From the NCBI GenBank assembly GCA_053919585.1, contig CM132790.1: a stretch of DNA of 64,000 nt; one strand, written 5' to 3'. Shown piece after piece: positions 13,250 to 26,569 of the stretch. Position 1 is the stretch's first letter. Every line of letters starts with the position of its first letter. The notes beneath the pieces are model-generated. The model had not been told where the DNA came from. It did no database searches and saw nothing but the letters and a program-made list of their open reading frames with translations. This DNA comes from Euprymna scolopes (Eukaryota). The translations under genes were made by a program, and so were the position numbers.

Positions 13250-14030
13250 TGCATTGGTAGTGAGATAACTACTGGAGCGGTACAATGATCAAGCCATTTT
13301 TCTAGCAATCTTGGCAACAGATTTGATGTATGTGCTCCATTTCAGATTAGGAGGGAAGGTCAGTCTCAGAAGTTTGTCAAGATATGGTGCTTCGCCATTC
13401 ATGTCAATTTGGGCCAGATGGAGGTCAGAGCGATTATGATGGAAAAAGATCCATTAAAATTAACCAGCAATCTTTTTCCCCGTTGCACCACGTTCTCAAG
13501 ATCAGAGGAGAGAGAATCAGAAAGATCTTGGTTATTGTTTGCCTTTGAAGTGTGGTCATTGATTGTGGTGTCGTCTGCATAAATATCTATAAATGATCTA
13601 AGAATGTGATTTGGGAGATCATTGATTGAAGATCAAGAAGAAAGTGAGGTGGTTGACCACTTCTCTATTTATCACAGATTCCAGCAACCTACTCATGGCA
13701 TGCAGGAGACTGATTGGTTTGTGTTGAAAGGCAGATGACTAATCTCCAGAATTTTTAAATAAGGGGCAGACTGATGAAGTTTTCCAGGGTGTTGGGAAGT
13801 ATTTCTCCTTAAGGCAACATTTAAACAGCTTTGTAAGTATGGGAGCTAGTTCTAGTTGAAGCTTTTTGAGCACTATGCGTGGAATGATTGGAATCAAGGT
13901 CTTTGATAAGTTTGGCAATATCATGTACAGATATTTGTATGTCATACAGCATATTTTCAGATACAGGAGGAAATGCGGTGTGTAGGCAGCCATGATCGAG
14001 AAGGGTAGAATTTGCAGCAAAGATTTTTCT
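13250..14030 (-). mobile_element. Decayed LINE RT fragment
   Basis: Minus strand has ELAPILTKLFKCCLKEKYFPTPWK and IYADDTTI. 13270-13500 matches the LINE at 7600-7860. Confidence 0.8.
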
Positions 14031-15749
14031 GTTTCATGTTATGCAATAAAAGAGAGGTGACGATGGTTAAGCATGAACTGACAATCTGGCTGTGCCAAGT
14101 GTGGATCCAGTTTTTTTCCACAGAAACACTTTAATGTTGGCAATCTTCACATGGTCTAAGTGTCCGATGATTTCTAGAAAGATATAAGAGAACTCAATGC
14201 AAACAATAGAATCATTTCATTCATGCGAAATGAATTAATGACTGCAATATTACATTTACTGTGATAATTTTTTTTATGGTGCCAAAATAATACTATACTT
14301 ATTTTTATTTTTAAAATGGATTTTAAATGAATATTGCTTATTTCTTAATTTGGAAAAAAAAAAAAAATGTAATACAAGGGAGTTAACTCTTGTATTTCTT
14401 TCATTTTTATCAGTGAAAGGAAGCTCACATTTCCATTTATTTTATCTTTTTTTGGGTCTAAGGGAGCGAACTCTTGTAATTGTTTCCCGAATTAACTGTT
14501 GTATTTTCTATTGATGTAACACTTCTTATATTTCATGGAAAAACAATTCAAATGCACGTGTCTCTGATTTCTCTTTAATGCAGATAAAAAAAAAAAAATA
14601 ATAAATGTTTGCTTATTTTCTATGATAAAAGCAATTTAAGTAACCAAAGGAGGGTGTGGCGATTCTAGCGAGGATGTTTCATGGGTTTAATAGTTAAATA
14701 GCTTTCATTTACAAGCTCAAAGAGTGATTATTGGCACAGGCACGCACCTTCCGGCTTGCCCAATCATATATCATGTCTCAGGCAAGTTGAGCAGGTAACG
14801 AAGTAAATAAAAATGTTGAACTAACATTTCTCCTTCTTTTTTGAATGTTGAACTAACATTTCTCCTTCTTTTTCCTCTCTTTCATACTTGAATGTAGAAC
14901 TGCCAACACGTGTGCAACAGTGCCCCTGTAGTGGAAAAGAAGTTTAAGTGAAATTAAATCTCTTTGCCCCAAACAAAATTATTAAAAAAAAGGAATAAAA
15001 CAAAATGACACCTCCTTCTGGTTTAAAATGCACCGCATTTACTTTTTAACAAAAACAACAAGATGAACAAGCAAAGGTCCAATCGGTGAAAGTTCTTGCA
15101 AAGTCATTATGATTAGAACGTTAGATGAAAGTCCTTCATGGAATTAATAAGATTAGAAAGTAAAAGTCTTGCTTGAAAATAATGTCCTTATTTTAAGGTT
15201 GGTGTTTTAACTGGTGAAGTTCGCCTTATTTAAAAGTCCCATGAGGAAAGTAATTCGTGAGGAAAGTAATTTGTTGTTATTAATTAGAAAATGTGTGGAA
15301 TGGGTGCGTGTGTGCATAAGTGTGAGTTTTGAGTGCCCGCGTGGCGTGTGTAATTATGGTTTTGACGGCTTTGACAGCAACAATGATATGAAAATGAGAG
15401 GCATGTTCCCGTGTGACCTCAAAGTGAGAAGAAGAGAAAAAGAAGGGAAGAAAGAATGTTTGATGCATTTATATACATTTTGGACCGGCTCCAAAATAAG
15501 ATTGCTACTGCTGATATTTTGGGTTTTGGAAAAGCATTAAAAAGACAATCTTCTAAATTTTCTCATTGGTCGCTTGTGTCACATGATACTGTTGTCAACT
15601 ACGTCTGCCAGAAATATGTTCATTTTACCTTTATTGTTATGCGAAAAAGTGTGTTGGGGTATTTGAAATTATGCCGTTGCTAGAACATATTTTTGTACAA
15701 AATGCGCGAGAAATTGAAATGAATAAACGTTCGTTTATTTGCGTGCGAG

Positions 15750-15795
<46 letters not shown>

Positions 15796-16329
15796 TGAGT
15801 GACTGCATACCCCAACAGAAGCCTGTTAGCACTAAAAGATGACTAAAATTCATCACCACTTAAGGAACACATGCACACAACATTTAAACATTCTTTCAGT
15901 TTCTTTCTAATAATATAATAAGCAATGGACACTCTTTTTAATAACTTTTAATTAAGAAAATATAATCCAGTGGAGAAGTTTTTATATAATATTTCAGACC
16001 TATGATATGATATTTCAGATCCATACAACACATGGCACTAAAACTGTCAACATTGGAACTCTTCTATACCTCAACTCCCCCCCCCCGCTCTACAAGAACG
16101 CTTAATATTCACGAACATTCTATTCCTTCTAAGGCTGTAATCCTCTGTTCCTAAATGCATATAAAATATCTCTTGTGTGAATACCCTTTACCTTTTTATT
16201 TGTTTGTCTTATCCTAGAGCGGCCTCTGGGCCTTGATAAGTGGTGATTCCTTTGTAAAAATTTTTTTTTTAAATATGACTCAGACAGTGCTGTGGACACT
16301 GAAACATTATATTTTGGCATATTATACCA

Positions 16330-17000
16330 GTAAACCGCCTTTGCTATGAAACATTTATTCCTAACCAAAATGGTTTTTACACTTCTGTGACTTCTCTCAA
16401 CACACACCCGTCTTGCAGAAAGTGTTGGCTGGTAAATGCAGTGCCATTGTCCATTAGAATTTCGACTGGTGGGCCTTGTCCATAAAATATTGACTTCAGC
16501 TGACATGAGATGTTAAGAGAGACAACCATATCGCAAACCACAAAGGACCACAATCGATGACTGTGAAATAGTGGTCACCACAATAATAAGTGATGTCCAC
16601 ACCCAACCTGTTCTAATTGCTTCTCCTTGCACCAGAGTACAAGCAGAGGAGCAATCCACTGGCATGCCTCATATGTTTTAACTGCAATTTGTACATCAGC
16701 TTTCAACACAGTTGGGTCCTTTCATTTGACAAAGTATAATGTGTGTCCAAAGTATCCACTCTGATGATGGATGTGTGCAATTTGCTTAATATTTAATGGA
16801 TGTGCAGCGGCGGCATAAGTACATTGGATGGGCTCAACTTCAGTTTTTACTTTACTGGGCCACTGCTGGGATATTATCGTCAGTTGGTTCGCTTTATCGT
16901 CGCCTGCCTTAACTAGTCCTACATCTACTATTAGTCCATACTCTTTATTAACCACATTCACAAGCATGCTGAGCTGTCTTTTTAGCAGCATTTGTAGTTA
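16330..17000 (-). mobile_element. Decayed LTR-retrotransposon RNase H/integrase fragment
   Basis: Motifs resembling the RNase H end (DKANQLT), the integrase HH pair (IHHQSGYFG) and ERSHRSVK. Confidence 0.5.
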
Positions 17001-20000
17001 GTTATGATTTCCCTGTCAGGACGTCTGCTGTTCATCTTTTATTTATTTATTTATTTTTTTAATTACATTTTCACCACAAACAAGGCACGTTGTCACTTTG
17101 ATGTAGGGGGTTACTATCAGGGACATAAACTACAGGGGTACTATGTAGGGAGTTGGGCAGCAAGATGTCGGTTCACGTTACACTTGAACTTTTGCATGTC
17201 AGTACAATTGGGGAAGCAGGGACCCGGAAGGGAATGCCAAAGTCTAGCAGTTCTGGGGAAGAAACTACTGAAGTAGAAGGATCTCTACTGTGAAGAGGTG
17301 GGATTTAGCTGCTTGTTGGGTTTGTCAGGGGTATTTACATCGAGGGGGTACAAGTGCTTGCAGTTCATCAAAGCATTCACCGTTAAAGTACTTGTAGAAC
17401 AGGCAGAGGGATGCAACATTTTGTCGATGGGACAGAAGGTGAAGCTAAGATGACAGTTCAGGACCTATCAGATTGGCGACTCTCTTTTGAACCTTGTCTA
17501 GGAGCGAGAGACTAGTAGCAGATGCACCAGCCCAAATATGACAACAATATTCCATACATGGGCAAATGGTGGCCTAATAGAGGTACAGGATACTATTGGG
17601 CATTAGTAACTGCAAACACAGGCTGAATCTGTACCTTTGGCTGCAACTGAAGCGCCAAGTTCTGCCAGTTTACATTATTTGGTGAGTGCAACCAGCTTGT
17701 ATCCTCAATGACTGATCTGTTGGCCTCTAATACGACCCCAGGGGCACATGAACTTGCATCAAGTCAAACTGTAAGCTCACTTCGGCTCACACATCAATCA
17801 CTTTGTTCAGAGTTTTCATTAAAATACTCCTGAGTGGAGGATCATTCATTTTGTCGTCCCAGTTAATCGTAAATTTGTTGCTGCAATGTTTCATGTGTGC
17901 TGTAGCTACACAGAACCACAAATGGTAAAATGACCAATCAGTTTTCCACATACTGAAAAGATCATTCGCAGCATAGTGGAGATTCAGGAGTATCTCCTTG
18001 TCCTATCCATCATAGTCTACCACCATTACTGTAAACGCACCATCCAAGCATTCATGCTCCTACTTGAAGCCACTCAGGAGATTTACAGGTAAATCCAAAT
18101 TTTGTCAAATGTTACTTTAGATTTACAGATGTGAGACATAAATTGACAGAAAGTCATTGATAAATGACGATGTATTGTATTGACACATCCTGTATTCGAT
18201 TCTTTAGTTACCCTGGTGTTTGTCGACCCATCCCATTCCTGGGAATAAAATCCCGTCCCTATACTGTTGAGGTTTCTAGATGCCGGTAAGCTTTAATAGT
18301 TTCTCCCCTCAGACTGTTGGACTTTGGGATTCCCTCCTTGTTTCCTACTTCCCCGACTGTACTAACATGCAAAAGTTTAAATGTAATATGAACGGATATC
18401 TCGCTGTTCAACTCCCCTCGGTCCTTTGCTAGACACGATCCCAAATAGTATGTTCAAGTAGTAATATGCCTTGTTTGGTGTGAAAATGATTAAAAAAAAG
18501 ATGGAGTACTATTGCCACATCTTGAGAGGTGCCATTCACATAATCCTTTCTTGCTTAGTAAAACAACTTTGAAATCTATTTTTTTTTTGGTGGGGGGGGG
18601 TTCCTCTATACAGGCACAGTCTCAGAAAAGAGATGTTGCTAGCCTCTCTCATCATTTTCATGGCAAATGCTTAACTGAGTTCCAAATCTATAGTTTCCCT
18701 CCCTGTAAAAATTCCCAACAAAAATTTATCTAGCTGTAACCACTGTAGATAATTTCTTTTTCTCCCTGTGTATCTAAAACTGAATGAAGTTTCTACAAGT
18801 AACTTTTCTTCTCCATTTCTTCTGCTCGTCTATGGAACACAATACCAGAGTTGCTTCCCAGTTGACTACAACATAGTTGTTTTCAAGTCCAATGCAAACA
18901 AATTCTTGATAAATTATTAAATTCTGCCCAGTTTTATCCATCATTACAAATCATGACAAGTGTTGTCTCACCGTCCAGCAGACACATTCGTTAACCCTTA
19001 TCCTCGAGATGCCTTTAGACCGTGATAAGTGGTGGTTTCTTAGCATAAGAAAAAAAATCGTACCTACGTCAAAATAAAAAAAATCAAGCAATGCATAAAA
19101 AAGGCTAGCTAAGGACTAAAAACGATAATCCAAGTTCAAAATTCTGTATTTAAAAGTCCTTCAATGACAAAACCATGCTGAAACACATTTCACTCTAAAT
19201 AATTTACTAAACTAAAATAAGAACTAACCAAATAAGTGAAATTAACCCTTTCCCCTTTCAAAGTTTACATGAAATAATACAACTACATTCGAAATTTAAT
19301 TTCATTTACATTCATTATTTCATAGAGATTTTTCCTTCAGCCCCCAATTCTAAATTATTCTTGGTCATGTGCTGTTCAAGGAAGTCCCCCTTCCCAAGCT
19401 TTGCCTTCTCTATTTGAGAAAGGATTAGTTTATTGCTAATAACGGGGAATGCCGACGGGGTTGCCAAGGCATTTTTTGCATGCTTTTCTTTTGGGGTGCT
19501 GACTTTTCAATCCGACTTTTTGACTCTTGTGTTACATTTGTCACTGAAATAAATGCTTTCATTATTTCAAAGATTTGGTCATATAGACCTCTCTCTCTCG
19601 AAAAAGAAAAAAAAAAACAAACAAACAAACAAAAGAAGCAAACTGTCCGGAGGTAATACTGTCCACCTCTGTTTTCTCTTTCGAGATCAATCAGCACTTT
19701 CTATTTCCGGTTTGATTCTTTTACCGGAAGTTAGTATAAAACCGTCTCTTGTGCTAAAAATTTCTACTAGGAGAGCATTGTTATGTCTATGGTTGAAAAA
19801 GTTGAATCAAGTTTGAACATTCAATTTCGTGAATCATGAAATTTATTCGGTTTTAAAAATGAAACTTGAGCAGAAACAAAATGTCGGACATTCTTCTTAT
19901 AAGCGTCAGAAATAAATGTTGAAGATGACAAAACTTTGAGAAAGACGGAGTTAAGAAAAAAAAAAGGTCAAGTGTCATGATTGGATAAAACTGCAGAAAG

Positions 20001-20091
20001 ATTATCAAGTAAGTCCGTAAATTCATGTAATTGGTAATTATTTTCGGTGAAAGTGCACTGGGAGACCACCCGAATATTTACCTTTAAGAAG

Positions 20092-20123
<32 letters not shown>

Positions 20124-20550
20124 ATCCAACTGTTTACAGCTCCAGTCGGGTCTAAAAAAAAAAAAATTAATAATGTCGCGGACTAGAATTATGAGTAAAA
20201 CTGACACATGCACTAGCCCATGGTTACGAGTATAGTAATGTCTGCCCGACATTTTTTTTTTTTTTTTGCTTTTCTTGCCTGTCGTCTGGTGAAGTCGGTG
20301 CGCATACGCAGAAATTGTCAGTGATTGTAGCAGACGATTTCTTTTTCTTTAGTTTCAGCATTTACTGCAAACAAAAAACCAGGCGAAATTAAATTCTAAA
20401 AAAAATTTTCTTACTCTTTTCTGTGCGAAAAAGTTTTTTTTTTTCATACATTTATCTCTTTATACAGTTCTTTATACATTTCTTTCTTTCCATTATTTTT
20501 TTTTTTCTGTAAAAAGTTATTTTAACATTTTCTTCAAGTGCCAAAAACAA

Positions 20551-20592
20551 ATGAATACCAATACTGTGGATTCCTACTACGGTTGTAGCAAC
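20551..20592 (+). pseudogene. Merlin transposase piece 1 (start)
   Basis: MNTNTVDSYYGCSN joins in frame to 32255 (NYFDTVKAFHKDTSRQFLRKHG) after removing BEL-1 and one TSD copy. Confidence 0.75.
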
Positions 20593-20815
20593 TATGGAAA
20601 AATTAATTTCCTAAAAGTAATAAGACTGCTCAGTCGAGAAGGAAGCAAGATACACTCACCTTTAGAGTTGAGAAAGAATTGCCCCTTCCGCGACGTGACA
20701 GTCAGTTAACAAAATAAGTAAATCAATGTAATCATCAGCATCATCAGCAAAAGTAAACACCACTGAAAATGTAACCATCAGCAGCAAATTTGTAAATACA
20801 ACTGAAAATTGTAAC

Positions 20816-23800
20816 TGTATTTATTTTCAGAAAATTTACAATGTAAAAATCAGAAAAATTTGGCACAAGGCCGAAGATGGGGGAGGGGAAAGGACGGTCT
20901 TCTCTGACTAGTGCTAACTAATCTAACCTAACTAGTTCCTACTTTCACTCTACTTATACCATAATACCACATTCATACATTCTCTCAGCGTATACATCCT
21001 TCATCAATCACCATAAGAACATCATACCATGATAACCTAATTAAAACCCATAAGAAAGGGGGGTTTGGGAAGATAAAAATGTTATATACAAAATACAAAT
21101 GAAATATTGGTATTATTATACAAACACCGTGACAGCGTTAGGGTTAGGGAACATCCAAGAACCAGTCAAGACTTGCTTCTCTCACCCGACACACGCGCAA
21201 CTGACACCCACCTTTCAACAAAGTCTGACGAAGAGAGTCTAACTCTCTCGGCCTTGATACGAACCTTCAAATAATGACGGAAGAGTCGTATAAGGTCGAG
21301 GGGAGCGAAGTCCTCAGATCCATAGACCACTTTCATACGTGTGTTCCAGATAACACCTCTCATCACTGCTAGCAAGGTCAAACACAATTCTTTCTGAGCC
21401 TATCTGTTGTCGGAGTCCAATTGCTACAGACATTAATAGGAACCAAGGTTAATGAGGATGTGTTCAGTATGCGGACCATGAGACCTGTAACAAACTCAAT
21501 CAGCGGCGCCACGATGCGACAATAAACGAAGGCGTGACATAAAGTCTCGTCCTCATCGCCGCACCGTTTACAAATAGGCGAATCCACCAAGCCAGCTGAG
21601 TGGAGTCTCTTACCGACCCAGAGAGCATCCCGAATTACCAGCCAGGTCAGGGAAGCCTCGTTGTTAGTAAGGCATCCTGACCCAGGCGCCCAAGGCCAGA
21701 TTGAGCGGAGCTGCTCCTTCGTCAAAGAGAGCCTCCCACCGATGACATCCGTTACGGATCCCCTCACTAAAACCCGATATAATGCCTTTCGGGACAACAG
21801 CAGAGTGTTAGAGAGGCTTTCCTTCACTCTTAAGAGGGACTTCAGTGCGCGCTGGCACTCGCGATAGAAGGGACATTCACCTCGAGGCAACCTGTGTGCC
21901 TCCCCCTCGGAGTAGTGCACCCCTCTCAAAGCCGGGAAGGCTTTCTTGGTGTCCTCCATCCAGAGGCCACCGTTTTCCCTATCTTGTGTGCACATTCGAT
22001 CTAGGTAGTAGAGCCGTAGCGTGTATAGCCGAATCTCCACATTTGGAGGTCAGGACCAAACCAGACGCCGAGTATCTTGCAAGGCCCATCGCTCCAACTA
22101 AAGGGCCCCTGAAGGGGCATACCCCTCCAGGCACCAATGCGCAAACTCGAAGACTTGTCGCAGTTAATTTTGGCCCCTGTTACCGTTTCATACAGTCTGA
22201 TTTCCACACCGATGACACTAATCTCAGCACTGCTCATTACAAGCACAGTTACATCGTCGGCATAGGTGGAGTACTTCGCCTGGGCATCCACACCGGGCAA
22301 AGTGATTCCGCGTAGGACCGGATTCACCCTTAGCCTGCGCAAAAATGGCTCGATCGCAAGCACATATAGCATGGGTGATAACGGGCACCCTTGACGAATG
22401 GAACGTGACAAACTGAAGGGTCTCGACCTCTTCCCATTTACTTCTACCATCACCGCGGGGTTAGCATAGAGAAGATGAACCCAAGAGCGAAATTGCGGGC
22501 CAAAACCGGCCGCCGATAAAACAGCCCCCAAGTACCGATGGTCAACCCTATCGAAGGCTTTGGACTGATCTAAATTGATCAGCACGGCCTCAGTGTCGAC
22601 TTTTTCTATCATCAGGCGTATCGAGTGAAAGTTATCCTGGATTGTCCTGCCCTTCACGGCACACGTTTGCTCGGGGCTAATAAGACGAGCCAGGACAAGC
22701 TGCAGACGATTTGTGAGAATCTTGGCCAAAATCTTTAACTCAGCGTTAAGCATCGTTAAGGGCCTGAAATTACCTAACCCATCCCCACCATCTTTGCTTT
22801 TACGAACAAGTTTTATCACACCCATGGTAAAGTACTTGAGGATTGAGCCGTTCCTAAACCATGAGTTAAACAAAACCGTCAGTAAAGGGACAAAGATGTG
22901 CGACAACCTCAAATACACTTCGTAGGGAAGACCATCGATCCCCGGTGACTTATTAAGGCTTCAATGACTTCATCCTCCGTTATGCCACCTTCGCACCTAG
23001 CCGCTTCGGTCGTCGAAAGATGAGAAAAGTCAGCCAAATAGGTGTCGAACTGTTCTAATGACAGACTGGGTTCCATGGAAAAAAGCTCCTGGAAATGAGA
23101 TCTAAACGCCTCCAGCACACCCTGGTTTGTGGTCACGGTACGCCCGTCCGGCAATGTGACACGAGCGATGTGCCTATCAACCGCTTGCCTAAGCTCCTCT
23201 GCACGCAGTTCAGCAGCCATGTTTGTTGCTTCCTGGGGTATTCTTTTTAACCTAGCCCTAATCACTAAAGCTTGGTGCTCCTTTTCAGCAAGGGAGGCAA
23301 GCCGAGCCCTAATTATATTAATGCTAGCACTATCCCCCTCCTCCACCGCCCGATCTAGTCTAGACTCTAGTGTCACTTTAGCTGCCCTAGAATCTAGATT
23401 GAGTCTTTTGCTAAAGTCAGCAGCAAAGGACCTAATGGCTTCCTTAACTTTTACCCATCACTTATTCCCAATAATTGCCCCCGTCAATTCCCGCTGTAGG
23501 GTTAGTAATAGCCCGTCACAGAAGCCCTTCACATCGAACAACGACGTGTTGAGCTTCCAGTAACCGGCTAATCTAGGCTTAGGTCTATCTAAGTTTACCC
23601 GTACACGAACAAGTCTGTGATCCGAGTAAACTATATTGTGGAAACTTGGACAATCCAATACTCCTATGTCGACTCGCCTAACTAAGAACCGGTCGATATA
23701 GCTTGAGAGCTGTATCGAATCGGAGCCGCCTCTACCTGTCCAAGTCCACACTAAGTCACGGGGCTTTTCATTTCGGAATTTGTCGATAAGATCAAACTTA

Positions 23801-26248
23801 TCCATAAATTCACAAAATAAAACAGCATCCCGATCTCTGTTAGTTCCCCTAGATGTTAACCTAAATCGATGTAACTCGGGATCCAGGACGGCGTTCCAGT
23901 CTCCCGCTAAAATAACTGTTCTGGAAACATCTATGAACTGCTCGATCCGCCGAAAAAAACCAGCCAGCTCAGAATGGCTATTGGGCGCATAAACCCCAAT
24001 AAGACGTAATGCCCTACCCTTTATGGTAACATCCAAAACACAGTCTTCCCTCCGGATCCAAGTAACACGGGTCACACGACGCATCTAGAGACCTTTTAAC
24101 TAGCCAGGAAACCCCTCTCGAGTGAGAAATCTAGTGCGCTGAGTAAGCCTCAAAGGTCTTAGACAGTGCACTCAAATGGTCACCAGGAATAAGGTTGGTT
24201 TCCTGCACACAACAGATATCCACTCCGAGGTGCTGCAGGTCCAAACTCAAGAGCCATTTGTGAGAGTCGGCCGTTAGCCCTCGGACATTTAAACTAGCAA
24301 GCTTGAGATCCATGGTGGTGCTTTAGGGTTGGGAACCAGGAACGAACATTGCGGTCGTGAGCATGCCGACGGCTCTCGTGAGGGAATAAGTACCCATCGT
24401 AGTATCGATGAGGCCGTCACGAGAGATACCACCGACATGCAAAGGATAGGTTAGTTTTGCTATCCTATATAGGGAGGGGTGCATTTTTACCGGGACCCTC
24501 CCAACACAACATTTTTTAAGGTTTTTTATGTCGCTATCTTTAAACACAACAAGGGGAGTGGGAAGGTTGAAGGCTTTATTTGCCTCTTCGAACATTAGCC
24601 AAAGGTTCTTGGCCTCTTCTTTTTTCCGAACGACGGTTAGGATTCTTTTGGCATTTGGAAAATTAACAGGGATTACTACTAGTTTCCCCCCCACCTCCTT
24701 GAACTCAATTAGTTTTGTGAGGTCAGTTCCTTTGAAGTTCTTGTGATTGTTAATAGCGGCTTGGTTTATTATGTAAATGTCTTTGCCAGGGAGGTAGAGA
24801 GTCTTTTTCTTGTGTTCAGGCGAGGGGGTAATGTCCATAGCAGAATGTGTGTTTTTAGAAGGAGATGCAAGGGGAGTGTTGTGAGTGGTCGCAGAGGTGG
24901 ATGGAATGGGAGAGGAGGGTTTGTGTTTTTTTGAAGGGCTTAAATGTATTAGTTTAGGCTGTTTATAAGGGACCGGAGTTGTAACAGGAGGAGGCATTTT
25001 GAGGGGGGAAGGAGTTTTTGGCTTTGTAGGAGACTGGGTGATAGGGTTGGTTAAAGATTTGGGGCTTGGTTTCGGAGAAGTGGGTTTACATGGGGATTTG
25101 GGTGATGGGTGTTGAGCGTCTAATTTCTTTTTTAGTTTGACAATTTCCAGATATTTCTCTTTTCCAGGGTTGTTTTGTAGCATTGCCTGTTCTTTCATTT
25201 GGTCAAGGCTCAGGCGTCCAGGGGTTTTTCTGCCAGGGTTCTCCCCTGAGGATTTCGTCCGAGTTTGTTTCGTTGGTAGGCGGCTTGGGAACACTTTTTG
25301 ATGAGGATCCCAAGTGTTGTCCGATGGATTTTTTGGTGTTTGGAGGAGGTTTTTTTAAGGGGGCACTCTGACGTGAGGTGGCCAATTTCGCTGCAATTCC
25401 AGCATGTCGGTCTTCTTCCAGCCACTATTATAGGAAGTTTCTCCTCTCCCGCCTCGAGGAAGAAAGGGATCGCATCAAAATTTACCTTATCGAGGAGGAT
25501 GTCATATGACCATATGCCGTGGAACTCGTCCACCTGCACCGAAACCATTTCGCCATATTTTAGAAGGAAGGCGCCGATGTGTTCTCCTTCAATGTGGTGA
25601 GGTACATTAAAAACGGACACCGTAGTCCGACGTTTTCCCATATATTCTGATCTTAATATAAAGTTCTGAGTGATTATCTCTTTTTGTGAGATAGTTAGGC
25701 AATCTTCTGGGGAGTTAAAAAGTACACTCCATGTGTTGTAGCCCTTGCACTTGACGATGCGCAAAGGTCTAAAACCAGCTGTAGCCAAAAGGTTGGTGAA
25801 GATATCTGCACTTGCTCTTATGACTTTTTTTAGTTTTCTGTCGACTATAAATATTGTCAGACACTTTTTTTGGATTTCCTCCAATCTTGGCACATTGACA
25901 ATTAGTCCTTTGTTGGTGACAAGTTCCAGGCATTGTTTTGCCTTTTCAATGAATTCATTGACATTAATATCCACTTTCGGTGGTTTGGTCCAGGTGTTTG
26001 GCGTAGAAGTAGTGCCGTTTTCCGCTTCAGAAATGTCGACGACAATGGGCGTTTGGCTCGCCGAAGCGGCCATAGCCGAACCATTAAAAAAACGGTTAAA
26101 AGAAAGTCCAAAAAAAAACAACTGTTAAAAATAACAGTAAGACAAAGGAAAAAAAAAGCGTCGTGTAGAGAAAAAAAATCCGACGGTAATAAAAATAAAA
26201 GGGTAGAAATTGCTGATAGAATAATGCACGAGACAAGAGTCAAAAGCA
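20816..26248 (-). mobile_element. Tx1/L1-like LINE A, near full length, mutated
   Basis: ORF1 26121-24323 with CWNCSEIGHLTSEC knuckle. ORF2 from 24313 with APE endonuclease (SLNVRGL, QET, GDWN, SDH), RT (QGCPLSP, YADD) and CKRC…H…C finger. No poly(A). Confidence 0.93.
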
Positions 26249-26569
26249 ACTGAAATTGTAACAACAACAAGGAGTTTGATTACCTCCCTTTATAGGTCTG
26301 AAAAGGTCATGTGATCACCATCACATGACCAAGGTAAAGCTTTATAACGCTTCTAGGAAACAACAACTCTTTTGGTTAGTAACAAGATAAGTGCACCTAC
26401 TCCTCTCTCTCCTGAGCAACCAGTAATTTCTAGTTTTTTCCACACATTCCCCAGGAAAGAAAAAAAAAAGAAAATGAAGGGAAACAAAGAATATAAGGGT
26501 AGGCTCTTACTCAAAACAGTAACATGTTAGTATATTTTTTGTTTATTTTCTTTTGTGGTTGGTCCCTAA

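Noticed and set aside
1097-19816. Short ORFs of 60-125 aa in the track outside the listed exons and TE fragments
   Set aside because: Low-complexity or microsatellite-derived, or antisense to repeats, with no recognisable motifs.
20036-20045. Target-site duplication of the outer Merlin element
   Set aside because: Left flank TTATTTTC does not match right flank TTAAGATT.
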